Assembly: GCA_965213675.1 (NCBI GenBank)
Contig: OZ243916.1
Location: forward strand, 3,776,001 to 3,840,000
Direction of reading: 5' to 3'
Origin: an uncultured Candidatus Binatia bacterium
Lineage (GTDB): Bacteria > Desulfobacterota > Binatia > UBA9968 > JAJDTQ01
Length of the DNA stretch: 64,000 bases
This document shows positions 39,961 to 49,781 of the stretch, in pieces. Under the pieces are notes generated by a model, which ran no database searches, had not been told where the DNA came from, and saw nothing but the letters and a program-made list of their open reading frames with translations. The position numbers were made by a program, and so were the translations under genes. Position 1 is the first letter of the stretch, and the number at the start of each line of letters is the position of its first letter.

Positions 39961-40253
39961 GCTTTCCCTCTAGTGTCGCCTTTCCGTTTCGCTGGCGCCC
40001 GTCGCGATGGTTTCCCGGCCGCCGCCGGGTTGACCGGGGCGTCGCTCTTGGGGGGAGTGCCCTTGGGATCGTTGGTGATGAAGTGCCCGCAGTTGATGCA
40101 GTAGACCGTGTAGGCCGGCTCCCGTGGGTGGCAGACGGTGTGGAAGTCGCGCTGTGAGCTGTTGATGGTGACGTCGACCTTGTAGAGCTTGATGACGACC
40201 TTGTGGCCGCAGTTCGGGCAGACTACCGTTTCAGGTACTTCCGTTGTGGCCAT
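39951..40253 (-). CDS. Small Zn-ribbon-like protein, 100 aa
   Basis: CPNCGH and CINCGH; host-like codon usage; SD GGGAG; overlaps pckG start. Confidence 0.72.
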   Translation of the reverse strand: MATTEVPETVVCPNCGHKVVIKLYKVDVTINSSQRDFHTVCHPREPAYTVYCINCGHFITNDPKGTPPKSDAPVNPAAAGKPSRRAPAKRKGDTRGKAWK

Positions 40254-40317
40254 CCGAACTCCCAGAAGGCTTGTCAATCCAATGCGCGCCTGATTGCCGC
40301 GCGCCGCCGCACCGGAC

Positions 40318-41436
40318 TCAGCACCAATAGTCTTCGCGGCCTCCCTGAACCCACCAGTTCTCCCGCGCCTGGATGTTCAACTCGAATCCCTTGCCGTGCT
40401 CACGCGCCAGTTCGTACAGTTTCTTGGCCAGGGCGATGTCCACGATGCCCTGACCCCCCTGGTTCTTGTACAGGATGACCTGGTCGTCGCTGGTGCGTCC
40501 CGGCGCCTTCCCGGTCAGGATGTCGGCGATGTCGATGACCTTGTCCCAAGTGATGATGCCGTCCTGCACCGGCCAGTAGATGTCGCCCTGCTGGGAGTCC
40601 ACGGCCTGCTCGCGCGAGAGGGCGACGACGAAGTCGCAGCGCCGCAGGGTGCCGTCGTCGATCTCCCGCCGCGGCTTGTCGAGGTTGCCGCTCTTCACCA
40701 GTTCGATGTTGCTGCCGATGACCGAGATGATGTACTGGCCCGGCTCCAGCCAGGAGCCGTCGATCACTGGCACGTTGGTGTTGGTCATGCACAGGACGAT
40801 GTCCACGTCCTGCGCGGCGCGCGGCGCTTCCGCCACCGGTTCCACCGGCACCTGGGTGACCTCGGTCATCTTCCGGGCGAAGGCTTCCCTGTGCGCCTGG
40901 GTGGGACTGTATACCTTGGCGCTGTCGATCTTCCGCAACTCGGTCAGGCCCACGAAGGTGGAGTAGGCTTGGTTGCCGGAGCCGTAGATGCCGACCGTGC
41001 GCGCGTCCTCCCTGGCCAACCGGTCGAGTCCCGCCAGGCTCGTGGCCGGCGTGCGCAGGTCCGCGACCCCGGCAGCGTGCTTGGGACGATGCGCCATGAT
41101 CCCCAGGAGGGTCCCCGTGTCGGCGTCGTAGACCAGCGCCAGTTCGGTCTGGTCGGGGTTGTAGGGCGGCCGCCGCTGCTGGTCGCCGACGATGGCCTTC
41201 CGGTGCAGCGCTACCTGCGCGCCCACGGCGCCGTAGCTCGACGAACCCCCGGCGTAGATGTTGAGCACGGTGTCGAACGGCGCCTCGGCCACGGTGCGGT
41301 GCAGGTTCAAGCGCTTGCGCGGCGCGTTGACGCCCTCGGCTGTGCCGATCCTTCTGAGCGCGTTCTCGGTAATCGAGACGGCTTCCGGAAAGGGAACCAG
41401 CTCGTCCACGTCCTGAGAATGAAAGAACAGCGCCAT
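40318..41436 (-). CDS. Ornithine cyclodeaminase/mu-crystallin family protein
   Basis: YDADTG, LRTPATS, GIYGSGNQA, RREID, GRTSDDQVILYK..G.GIVDIALA. Confidence 0.88.
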   Translation of the reverse strand: MALFFHSQDVDELVPFPEAVSITENALRRIGTAEGVNAPRKRLNLHRTVAEAPFDTVLNIYAGGSSSYGAVGAQVALHRKAIVGDQQRRPPYNPDQTELALVYDADTGTLLGIMAHRPKHAAGVADLRTPATSLAGLDRLAREDARTVGIYGSGNQAYSTFVGLTELRKIDSAKVYSPTQAHREAFARKMTEVTQVPVEPVAEAPRAAQDVDIVLCMTNTNVPVIDGSWLEPGQYIISVIGSNIELVKSGNLDKPRREIDDGTLRRCDFVVALSREQAVDSQQGDIYWPVQDGIITWDKVIDIADILTGKAPGRTSDDQVILYKNQGGQGIVDIALAKKLYELAREHGKGFELNIQARENWWVQGGREDYWC

Positions 41437-41660
41437 GAATGCCTCCACAGTGGCTGACGAGAATTCGCCGGGGCAGGAACAAACAGGTAGAGGCCTGCGC
41501 CGTGAGCCGCAGAACGGACACCTCACCGCCTCCTCCGCCGGGTCGAGATTAATCAATCAGATAGCCCGGCGACGGCGCAAACGCAAGGTGAAGGTCCTGC
41601 CAGGGGCGCGGAACCCGGAAAACGGTGCAATCGACGGGAAACGAAGGATTGCGGGCGCGG

Positions 41661-42488
41661 TCAGAACACCATCTCGATCCTGGATACGCAGCGGAACCCG
41701 TAGTAGGCATGTCCGCGGGCCTGCCGGCCCGGGTCCACGATGCGCCGCGACGTGGCGGTGAGGCCTTCGGGGTCGCTGGAGGCGTTGCCGCCCCGGGCCA
41801 CTCTCGGGTAGGGTACCCGCAGATCCTCGCGCCCGTCCTTGGGGTCATAGGGATAAGAGGTCGCGGTGGAGCGGGTCCACTCCCAAACCTGTCCGGCCAT
41901 GTCCAGCACGCCGTAGGGACTGCGCCCCTTGGGATGCCGTCCCACGGGAACCGACTCGCCGCGCCAGCCTCCGAAGAAGGCCAGCTCCGCCGTGGGCGGG
42001 CCGTTGCCCCACGGGTACAGCCGCCCGTCGGCGCCGCGCGCGGCCTTCTCCCATTCAGCCTCGCTCGGGAGCTTCTTCTCGAGCCACTTGCAGTACGCCA
42101 CCGCCCCGTGCCACGCCATCTCCGAGGCTGGGTGGTCCTGCCAACCCTTCTCCACCTGCCAAGTGTCCCCCACCGGGTGAATGCGGTTGTCGTCATCCAG
42201 CACGTCCAGGTACATCTCGCCCTCGGGTCCCACCGGTCCCTTGGCCTGGATGAACCGAGCGTACTCCTTCATGGTCACCAGGTTCCGGTCGATGAAGAAC
42301 GCGGGCAGGAAGACCTTGTGAGCCGGCCCCTCCCCCGGCGGACCGCCGTCCCGCCCCATGGTGAACTCCCCTGCCGGGATGAGCACCATGCCCGCGTGCC
42401 TGCCTTCGGCGGCGCCGGCCCCGCCGGAGTGGACGAGGACAAGGGCCAACGCGAGTGCTGTCGTAAGGGAGGAAAGTGTGGGTGTCAT
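41661..42488 (-). CDS. Secreted FGE-sulfatase (SUMF1/EgtB/NirV) domain protein
   Basis: Signal peptide, IPAGEFTMG, LPSEAEWEKAARG, DMAGQVWEW, GFRCV. Confidence 0.9.
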   Translation of the reverse strand: MTPTLSSLTTALALALVLVHSGGAGAAEGRHAGMVLIPAGEFTMGRDGGPPGEGPAHKVFLPAFFIDRNLVTMKEYARFIQAKGPVGPEGEMYLDVLDDDNRIHPVGDTWQVEKGWQDHPASEMAWHGAVAYCKWLEKKLPSEAEWEKAARGADGRLYPWGNGPPTAELAFFGGWRGESVPVGRHPKGRSPYGVLDMAGQVWEWTRSTATSYPYDPKDGREDLRVPYPRVARGGNASSDPEGLTATSRRIVDPGRQARGHAYYGFRCVSRIEMVF

Positions 42489-42507
42489 GTCCGTGGCCTG
42501 ACGCGCC

Positions 42508-42615
42508 TCAGTCGTTGAAGGTCTTCTTCAGCTCCGGTTTGTTCGCCTCCGGGATGTCCACCATCTGTTCCACGAGCGTCTGCAAGTCTCCAGGGATAGC
42601 GCGAAGAACAGTCAT
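42508..42615 (-). CDS. Putative 35-aa small protein
   Basis: SD AAGGAGG ~6 nt before ATG; GC3-rich second half; stop 19 bp before the FGE-domain gene. Confidence 0.5.
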   Translation of the reverse strand: MTVLRAIPGDLQTLVEQMVDIPEANKPELKKTFND

Positions 42616-42803
42616 GCGTCGCCTCCTTCCGGTGCGTCTGGTGTCCGTTCGGTTCAACCGGCCGGACAGGATACGAACGTCCTGTACCCCACGGACGCCT
42701 GTGGCGCCGGTGTCATGGCACCCCTCTATGTGACTTGTCCTCGGTTTGTCAAGGCAGCCGCCGCGCGCGTCGAACCCGCGCATGCCCGGCACCGGTTGAC
42801 AGA

Positions 42804-42832
42804 TTGACAGTGTCTGGGGCCGAGAGTAAGTT
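42804..42832 (+). promoter_or_regulatory. Putative sigma70 promoter of amidohydrolase
   Basis: TTGACA-17bp-TAAGTT. Confidence 0.6.
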
Positions 42833-42946
42833 CGGTGTCGGTTCGACAGGCTGGCTGGTTTGACGGGCCGGCTGCTTTGCGGCGGCGAGCAACGAGTCGG
42901 GACGACCACCGTCCCTTCATGAAACTCGTCCGGAGGTCCGAAGCCC

Positions 42947-44149
42947 ATGGCAACGCTAGAGATGAAATACGGCGTCGTCTCCGCGGATGATCACATCCAG
43001 GAGGCGCCCGACGTGTGGACCAACCGGATGTCCAAGGCGAAGTTCGGCGATGACATCCCGCACGTCGTTGAGTTGCCCGACGGCACGCAGACGTGGTCGC
43101 TGGGGGGCAACACCAAGGGATTCGGCGGGCTCGCACGGGTGTCGGGCGTCAACCCCAACGTGAAGCGGTGGGAGGACGTGCCTCCGTCCACGTACATGGT
43201 TTCGGAGCGCTTGAAGGTGCTGGACCAGGAGGAGCTGGACGCCTCGGTGCTCTTTCCCAACATCATCGGCATCACCAACCAGAACTTCCAGAAGGAGGGC
43301 AGCGAGGCTTTCCGTCTGGCTTGCATTCAGGCGTACAACGACTGGCTCATCGATGAGTGGCAGGACGTTACGCCCCGGTTCGTCGCCCAGTGCGTCACCC
43401 CCATGTGGGACGTGGATCTGTGCGTGGCCGAGATCCGCCGCGCGGTCAAGCGCGGCCACAAGGCCTTGGTCTGGCACGGCGCACCCCACATCCTCGGCCT
43501 CAAGCACTTCAACGATCCCTACTGGAACCCGGTCTATGAGACGTGCTGCGACCTGGACGTGCCCATCTGCCTGCACTCCACCGCGTTGCCCGCGCTGCCG
43601 CCCTGGGACTCGCTGGAGACGCGTGCGCGTTTCGCCCTGGGGGTGTCCATGACTTTCGTGAGCCACATGGAGATCGTCTCCAACATCCTCTACTCGGGCG
43701 TGTTCGAAAAGTTCCCCAAGCTCAAGACCATCAGCGTCGAGAGCGGCGTCGGCTGGCTCCCGTACCTGTTGGAGGAGCTGGACCACGAGTTCGACGAGCG
43801 CCGCGTGGCGGAGAACACCACCCTCACGCGCAGACCGAGCGACGTCTTCCAGTCCAATATGTGGGCGACTTTCTGGCACGAGCGCCACGGCATCCGCAGC
43901 CGCGACGAGATAGGCGTGGACAAGATCATGTACTCGGTGGACTACCCCCACGGCACCACCACGTTCCCCAAATCGGTGTGGTGCCGCACCCACTCGCTGC
44001 AGGACGTCACGTCCGCAGAGGAGCGCAAGAAGATCCTCATGGACAACACCGTCGAGCTCTACAAGCTCGACGTGGACGAGTCCGGCATTCAACAGCCCCT
44101 CTACGAGCCGGGCCCCATCAGCGTGGGGCCGCGGCCGGACGCGGTGTAG
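42947..44149 (+). CDS. Amidohydrolase_2 family protein
   Basis: SADDHIQE, AYNDW, PICLH, ESGVGWLPY, SVDYPH. Confidence 0.9.
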   Translation: MATLEMKYGVVSADDHIQEAPDVWTNRMSKAKFGDDIPHVVELPDGTQTWSLGGNTKGFGGLARVSGVNPNVKRWEDVPPSTYMVSERLKVLDQEELDASVLFPNIIGITNQNFQKEGSEAFRLACIQAYNDWLIDEWQDVTPRFVAQCVTPMWDVDLCVAEIRRAVKRGHKALVWHGAPHILGLKHFNDPYWNPVYETCCDLDVPICLHSTALPALPPWDSLETRARFALGVSMTFVSHMEIVSNILYSGVFEKFPKLKTISVESGVGWLPYLLEELDHEFDERRVAENTTLTRRPSDVFQSNMWATFWHERHGIRSRDEIGVDKIMYSVDYPHGTTTFPKSVWCRTHSLQDVTSAEERKKILMDNTVELYKLDVDESGIQQPLYEPGPISVGPRPDAV

Positions 44150-44160
44150 CCGCGACTCTC

Positions 44161-44229
44161 AGGAGCTTGCGTCACAGGGACGGATGAGAGCGGATTTGCA
44201 GCCGTGGATTCCTGCGGCGCAAGCCTCCT
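44161..44229. mobile_element. MITE family A, short form (69 bp)
   Basis: Near-identical to 26081-26148; right end overlaps TAG of the convergent VOC gene. Confidence 0.85.
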
Positions 44230-44647
44230 ACGCGTGCGCGGGGTCGCCGTACGTCATCAGCTCGATCAAGTTATCGTCGGGGTCGCGGACGTAGAGGCTG
44301 GTGCCGACGCCTTCGGAACCGGTGCGGGCCACGGGACCCGAGATCACGGCCACGCCGGCCTGTTGCAGGAAGTCCTGCGCTTCCTTCACGGTCCCTTGCC
44401 AGCGCAAGCAGAAATCCGCGCCGCCGGTGGCATAGTTGGGCGCATGCGTGGGACTCTCGGTCTCGTAGCGGTCCACCACGTAAAGGTTAATCTTCTGCGT
44501 CTCGCTGATGCGGATGATCGGCCGCTTGCCGCGCCCGCCCGGACGTTCCTGCCAACCCGCGTCGAGTCCGAGCCTGCGATAGAACGCGAAGGTCTCTTCC
44601 AGGTCCTTGACGACCAGCACCCAATGATCAATGGCTGCGATTCCCAT
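44228..44647 (-). CDS. VOC family protein (GLOD5-like)
   Basis: IDHWVLVVKD..FYRRLG, QKINL, GGADFC, GPVARTG, SLYVRDPDDNLIEL. Confidence 0.88.
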   Translation of the reverse strand: MGIAAIDHWVLVVKDLEETFAFYRRLGLDAGWQERPGGRGKRPIIRISETQKINLYVVDRYETESPTHAPNYATGGADFCLRWQGTVKEAQDFLQQAGVAVISGPVARTGSEGVGTSLYVRDPDDNLIELMTYGDPAHA

Positions 44648-44770
44648 GGTTTGTCCTCGCTGAGTCCGCTGGGGTAGGTGTGGCACACCTTCACACGATT
44701 TCACCGGACACGACACTAGTCCAAACCGCACCGGAAACACAAGACAAGGAAGGCCCTGTGGGAAGCGGCT

Positions 44771-44845
44771 CTCAGCGCGCCCGAGTTCTTCATGAGGGGC
44801 ATGCTGGGCATCTCCATGGTGGCGGTGCTGAGCGGCGGCGCGCCA
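44771..44845 (+). pseudogene. 75-bp remnant resembling a TctA (tripartite tricarboxylate transporter) segment
   Basis: LSAPEFFMRGMLGISMVAVLSGGAP with coding-like GC3, no start or continuation. Confidence 0.5.
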
Positions 44846-44857
44846 ACGCCTCGAACC

Positions 44858-44911
44858 GTCATTCCCGCGAAAGCTTGCCCTCGACCCCCATGGGGGGCGG
44901 GAATCCAGGGG
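44858..44911. repeat. REP/dRS3-like repeat
   Basis: GTCATTCCCGCGAAAGCTTGCCCTCGACCCC..GGGGGCGGGAATCCAGGGG, matches 2730-2783. Confidence 0.8.
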
Positions 44912-44922
44912 GGAGGGGTCTG

Positions 44923-45804
44923 CTACCCCTGCCCGGCGATGAAGCCCCGGACAACCTCGTTGAACTCCCGTGGATGCTCCCGGAAGGAGAAATGCCCCGC
45001 CCGGTTGATGATGTGCATCTGTGAGTGGCGCTCGCGCATGGTCAACAACTCGAACAGCCGCAGCCCCTGCGCCAGGGTGGCCGTGGGGTCGTTGTAGCCC
45101 CATATGAGCAGGGTGGGACGTTGCAGGCCGCGGTCGCGGATCCAGCCCAGGGTCTCTTCCTTCTGAAGCGAGTGTTTCGTCAGGAACAGGCTCTTGCGCA
45201 AGCCCCGGGTAACCATCCGATCCACGGTTTCCTGGTACTTGGGCAGTTGCGCGATCTCGGTCATGGAATCGAGCCAGTCCTCGGCGATGTGCGCGCCACT
45301 GTAAGAGTAGCGCTCGATCACCCAGCGCTGGCTCTCCCGCGTGAGCCGCGGTTCGGGAGCGCCGGCGAAGACGATGTGGTTCCGCCCCATGCCGGGCGCC
45401 AGTGTGTTGGTGTCCACCGGGATGCACGAACGCACCAGATCCGGGCGCTCAAGAGTCATGCGCGCGGCCACGTAGGCGCCGCGGGAGTGGCCCACGACGT
45501 GCACGCCGCCCAGCTTCAAGGCCTCGACAAAGCCGATGGCGTGGCGCACGGTGGCGGCCATGGTGTAGTCGTCGTCGCTGGGCGGGTTGTCGGTCAGGCC
45601 CTGTCCCAGCTTGTCCAGCGCGTAGACGTGAAACCACCGGGCGAGGGCGTCGAAGTTGAGCGCCCAGTCCAGGCTGCAGTCGGCGGCGTCGTTGGACCCG
45701 AACACGCCGCCGTGAATCAGCACGACATTCTCGCCGGCGCCCTTCTCGAAGTAACGGGTTCGAATACCGCCCACGTCAACGAATCTTTCCTCCGCGGTTC
45801 GCAC
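44923..45804 (-). CDS. Alpha/beta hydrolase (meta-cleavage product hydrolase-like)
   Basis: LIHGG, DKLGQG, GHSRG, WGYND, AGHF. Confidence 0.88.
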   Translation of the reverse strand: MRTAEERFVDVGGIRTRYFEKGAGENVVLIHGGVFGSNDAADCSLDWALNFDALARWFHVYALDKLGQGLTDNPPSDDDYTMAATVRHAIGFVEALKLGGVHVVGHSRGAYVAARMTLERPDLVRSCIPVDTNTLAPGMGRNHIVFAGAPEPRLTRESQRWVIERYSYSGAHIAEDWLDSMTEIAQLPKYQETVDRMVTRGLRKSLFLTKHSLQKEETLGWIRDRGLQRPTLLIWGYNDPTATLAQGLRLFELLTMRERHSQMHIINRAGHFSFREHPREFNEVVRGFIAGQG

Positions 45805-46247
45805 GGTGTTTCCTCCTGCACGGCAACCAAGGCGTCAGCACCCCTGCCCGCACGCTCCTGGAGCCCCCGAGAGGCTCACGCTCAACGATGACGGCACATT
45901 CACTCTTGCATCAAGTCTGAATGCCGATGGGCAGTCCGCGTCTGGTCATGGGGCGGCTACGATTCCGACTGGCTCCGGGACGTCCTTTGCCGCTCCGCCG
46001 ATGGCGAAGCGGCGTGTTCTTCGTTAACAATCCTTCCATGGAGGCTCGTTCATCATACGGGGATGGTGGTTCCCCGCGCAAGGCGAGCGCGCCCAGCGCC
46101 CGCTCCGGGAGCCGTCGAGCAGCAAGGGGCTGACGATGGCCTACATGATCACGGAAGCCACCAGGGGCAGGTACACTCAAAGGAAACACCGGACCTTGCA
46201 AGCCCCACCACCGGGGATATCCGGAGCATCAGCGGGGGCATCGTCGA

Positions 46248-46309
46248 TTGACACAACTCAAACGATTGGTTAAGAAATTCAATTACTTGTCACCATGACA
46301 AAACCTCAC
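46248..46309 (+). promoter_or_regulatory. LysR gene promoter with LTTR box
   Basis: TTGACA-17bp-TAAGAA, then ATGA-N7-TCAC in an AT-rich tract. Confidence 0.45.
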
Positions 46310-46316
46310 TAATGAT

Positions 46317-47297
46317 ATGAGTGAACCCAGGTTCAGAGTTCCCTCCACCAGCGCCCTGGTTGCGTTCGAGGCCACGGCCCGGCTCGGTGGCGTGATACGC
46401 GCTTCGGAGGAGTTGTGTACCTCCCAGTCAGCCGTGAGCCGTCACATCCGCAATCTCGAGACGAGGATCGGCGAAAAGCTCTTTCGGCGTCAGGGCCGGG
46501 GAGTGGTGCTGACAGTGGGAGGCCAAGACTATTATATCGCGGTGAAGGCCGCGTTGGAAAACCTGCATGCAGCCAGCAAGAGGCTTGGCTTGCCCGCGCC
46601 CACGGTGACCATCGCCTGCACGAAGGAGATCGCACACTTTCTGCTGCGACCCGCCTTTCCGCATTTCCGGCGCACGATGGACGACAACGCGCAGGTGCGC
46701 ATTCTGACCTGCGACTATGACATGCTGCAATTCCTTGCGCCGACGGGGATCGACATCCTCTTCGAGTATTCGGCCGCGCCGAGCGATCCCGGTGCCGTGA
46801 AGGTACTCGACGAGGAAATCGCGCCGATCGCCTCTCCGGCCCTTGTCAGGCGGTTCGCGCGGGTTCTCCGCAGGCATCCGCGCCATTGGGGGGAGGTTCC
46901 GCGTCTGGAATCGACCCAGGCCGGCGCAACGTGGGCGACGTGGACGACCTGGTTCAGCGCTCACGGTTGCGATCCTCCCAAGGCCTCAACGGAACCGTTC
47001 GACGATTATCGGGATTTGCTGGACGCCGCCGCGAGCGGTCTGGGCATGGCCATCGGTTGGAACGGCTTCGCGAACGCCTATCTGGAGTCCGGGCAGCTCG
47101 TCCGGCTCAAGGACAACTGGCTGCGGAGCCGCATCTCCCTGTATGCCATAACGACCCAGGCCGGCTCCGGCAACCGGAACGCGGCCCGTTGCCTGTCCAC
47201 GCTCGCCACCCTGGGTGAGGTGCTTCCCGGAGCGCGGCAGTTGTCGCCGCAACGACAGCCGACCCGCGGCCACGGCGCCACTCTCACACCCACCTGA
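46317..47297 (+). CDS. LysR-family regulator (GcvA-like)
   Basis: LVAFEATARLG..ASEEL..SQSAVSRHIRNLE..LFRR, AASGLGMAIGW. Confidence 0.9.
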   Translation: MSEPRFRVPSTSALVAFEATARLGGVIRASEELCTSQSAVSRHIRNLETRIGEKLFRRQGRGVVLTVGGQDYYIAVKAALENLHAASKRLGLPAPTVTIACTKEIAHFLLRPAFPHFRRTMDDNAQVRILTCDYDMLQFLAPTGIDILFEYSAAPSDPGAVKVLDEEIAPIASPALVRRFARVLRRHPRHWGEVPRLESTQAGATWATWTTWFSAHGCDPPKASTEPFDDYRDLLDAAASGLGMAIGWNGFANAYLESGQLVRLKDNWLRSRISLYAITTQAGSGNRNAARCLSTLATLGEVLPGARQLSPQRQPTRGHGATLTPT

Positions 47298-47339
47298 GAC
47301 GCGACCATGTGTCCGTGACGCGCACTCCATCACGGCGCG

Positions 47340-48626
47340 TCACAGCGCGGGCATGCCGAAGAAGCGCCGCAGCACGCGGCTCAGGTTGAACGCGTCCGCC
47401 GCTCCCGCGAATTCCCTCACGGAATGCATGGCCCACTGGGGTACCCCCACGTCCACGGTGCGCACGCCCGTTTCGGCCGCGGCCAACGGTCCGATGGTGC
47501 TCCCGCAGGCCATGTCGCTACGAACCACGAACGTCTGAACCGCCACGCCCTCCTCGGTTGCCAGCCGCCGGAAGATCGCGGCGGTCTCGCTGTTGGTTGC
47601 GTAGCGCTGATTGGCGTTGATCTTGATGACCGGGCCGTGGTTCAGCAACGGTCCGTGGTTGTCGTCGTGCCGGTCGGCGAAGTTGGGGTGGACGCCGTGG
47701 GCGTTGTCCGCGGATATGAGCATGGAGCGGGCCATGGCGCGGTGGCGTTCCTCCGGGCCGGGCAGAAGGCGTTCCAGCATTTGAGTCAGCATGGGGCCGC
47801 GGGCCCCGGAGGCGGTGGTGCTCCCCACTTCTTCATGATCGTTGCAGACGAGCAGCGCGACGGCGTCTCTGTCCGCTTCCAACAGCGCCCTCAGCCCGGT
47901 GAAGCAGCTCAGCAGGTTGTCCAGCCGCGCCGACGCGATGAATTCCCGCTCCAGTCCCACCAGGGCGGGCGGCTGGGTGTCATAAAGCACGAGTTCGTGG
48001 TCCAGGAGCCGGTCCACCTCGATGCCTCCTTCCTCCAACCGTTGCCGCAGCAAGGTGTTCAGGTCGAAGTCGTCCCCCTGCTGGCCGAGCACCGGGGGCA
48101 GATGCGTCTGCCGGTTGATGGAGCGGTTCTCGTTGGCGTCCCGGTCCAGGTGAATGGCGAGGCTGGGAATCACGGCCACCGGTTCCTTGAAATCGACGAG
48201 GCCGTGGGCGACGGCGCCGTCGCCGTCGAGATAGCTCACGCGGCCGGCGATGGACAGGTCGCGGTCGAACCAGGGATTCAGCAGCGCGCCGCCGTACACC
48301 TCGACGCCGAACTGCGCATAGCCTTTCCGGCGGATTTCCGGAAGAGGCTTGACCTTGAGGCACGGTGAATCGGTGTGGGCGCCCACCATGCGCAGGCCGC
48401 TCGCGGGAAGCGATGTTTCCACCGGCAAGGTCCAGGCGATGATGGATGAGTCGTTGCGCGTGGTGAAGTACCGCCCTCCGGGTCTCAGCGCCCACGGGTC
48501 GGTCTCGGGCCGGTGTTCGAAGCCGGCGTCCGTGAGGCGCCGCGCCATCGCGGCCACCGCGTGGAACGGCGTGGGCGACGCGCCCAGGAAGTCCATCAGA
48601 TCTCGGTTGAAGTTTGCTTGTTCCAT
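47340..48626 (-). CDS. apeB: M18 family (aspartyl) aminopeptidase
   Basis: [48 protein letters not shown]. Confidence 0.93.
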   Translation of the reverse strand: MEQANFNRDLMDFLGASPTPFHAVAAMARRLTDAGFEHRPETDPWALRPGGRYFTTRNDSSIIAWTLPVETSLPASGLRMVGAHTDSPCLKVKPLPEIRRKGYAQFGVEVYGGALLNPWFDRDLSIAGRVSYLDGDGAVAHGLVDFKEPVAVIPSLAIHLDRDANENRSINRQTHLPPVLGQQGDDFDLNTLLRQRLEEGGIEVDRLLDHELVLYDTQPPALVGLEREFIASARLDNLLSCFTGLRALLEADRDAVALLVCNDHEEVGSTTASGARGPMLTQMLERLLPGPEERHRAMARSMLISADNAHGVHPNFADRHDDNHGPLLNHGPVIKINANQRYATNSETAAIFRRLATEEGVAVQTFVVRSDMACGSTIGPLAAAETGVRTVDVGVPQWAMHSVREFAGAADAFNLSRVLRRFFGMPAL

Positions 48627-48714
48627 AAGTTGATGGCGCATCGGCGCAACGCAAGCCTGTCGGAGGGGTCAGGACCAACGGTGTCAAGCGGACAGTGCCG
48701 CCGATACGCTTCGC

Positions 48715-48773
48715 CGTGCGTCCCGAGCCCTTCGTAAGGTTCAGAACGGGTTTCGTGAAACGAAGTCGAAGGA
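48715..48773. repeat. REP-like repeat, related to 26621-26704
   Basis: CGTGCGTCCCGAGCCCTTCG..CGAAGTCGAAGGA. Confidence 0.55.
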
Positions 48774-48779
48774 CGTCGT

Positions 48780-49781
48780 TCAGCCGAGGCGGTACTCCCT
48801 CATGGGGTTGGTCACGGCGATATGCTCGATGGCGGCGGCGTCCAGGCCCGCCTTCTCCAGGCTGCCCAAGGGGTCGGGGTCGCCCGGCGGGAACGGCGCG
48901 TCGCCGCCGAGCAGGATGCGCTCGATGCCCACCATCTCCCGAAGGAACCGCAACGCGTCGCGGCTGTGTACGATGCTGTCGTAGAGGAAGCGGCGCAGGT
49001 AGGCGCTGGGCGGGTGCGCCGCTTTGTCGCCCGTGACGTTGCGGTCGGCGGCGGCGTGCATGCGGTCGAAGCGGCCGATGAGAAAAAGCAGGTTGCCGCC
49101 GCCGTGGGACAGCAGCAGACGCAGGGCCGGGAAACGGTCCAGGGTTCCGCTGAGCATCATGGAGCCCACCGCCAGGGTGGTGTCCATGGTGTAGGCGCAG
49201 GTCTGGTTCAGGCTGAACTTTTCGGCCCGGGGCAGCGGCTGGGGCAGGGACGGGTGAACGAATACCGGCAGGTCCAGGGCCTCGCAGGCGCTCCAGAACT
49301 CGTCCAGGGGCGTCTCCCCGAGATTCCGGCCGTGGACGTTGGCGGTGACGATGACGCCGGCGGCGCCGTTCCGGGCACAGCGCTCGAGTTCCCGCGCCGC
49401 CGCGGCGTCGTCGTTGAGGGGCGCCGAGGCCATCCACGAGAACCGCGCCGGCCGCGCCGCGCAGATCTCGGCGATGCCGTCGTTGAGGATGCGGTGCCAC
49501 GCGGCGCAGCGAGCGCCGGCGAGCCCGTAGCCGAAGATGTCGGTCCACACCGAAAGAATCTGCCGCGCCACCCGTTGCCCGTCCATCTCCGCGAGCCGCC
49601 CGTCCAGGTCCAGCAGGCCGGGAAGAAAGGGGCGCACCTCCAGGCCGTCGTCGAACCGGCAACACCGGGCGCCGGCCTTGCCCACCAGCGCGATGCCCAG
49701 TTCCACGCCTCGGGCGGACAACGCTTCCAGGGCCTTCGGCGGCACAAAGTGGGCGTGTACGTCAATGGCGGTCACGGGCAC
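48780..49781 (-). CDS. Amidohydrolase_2 family protein, ACMSD-like decarboxylase
   Basis: IDVHAH, PVFVHP, SHGGG, LGGDAPF. Confidence 0.88.
   Translation of the reverse strand: MPVTAIDVHAHFVPPKALEALSARGVELGIALVGKAGARCCRFDDGLEVRPFLPGLLDLDGRLAEMDGQRVARQILSVWTDIFGYGLAGARCAAWHRILNDGIAEICAARPARFSWMASAPLNDDAAAARELERCARNGAAGVIVTANVHGRNLGETPLDEFWSACEALDLPVFVHPSLPQPLPRAEKFSLNQTCAYTMDTTLAVGSMMLSGTLDRFPALRLLLSHGGGNLLFLIGRFDRMHAAADRNVTGDKAAHPPSAYLRRFLYDSIVHSRDALRFLREMVGIERILLGGDAPFPPGDPDPLGSLEKAGLDAAAIEHIAVTNPMREYRLG

Noticed and set aside
42340-42615. Selenocysteine read-through of the 35-aa ORF's TGA
   Set aside because: Downstream frame is the off-frame shadow of the FGE-domain gene; no convincing SECIS or redox motif
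45750-45780. GGTTCGAAT T-loop-like motif
   Set aside because: Inside a CDS with no cloverleaf; not a tRNA
46140-46245. Possible glycine or other riboswitch upstream of the GcvA-like regulator
   Set aside because: Conserved aptamer motifs not found by eye
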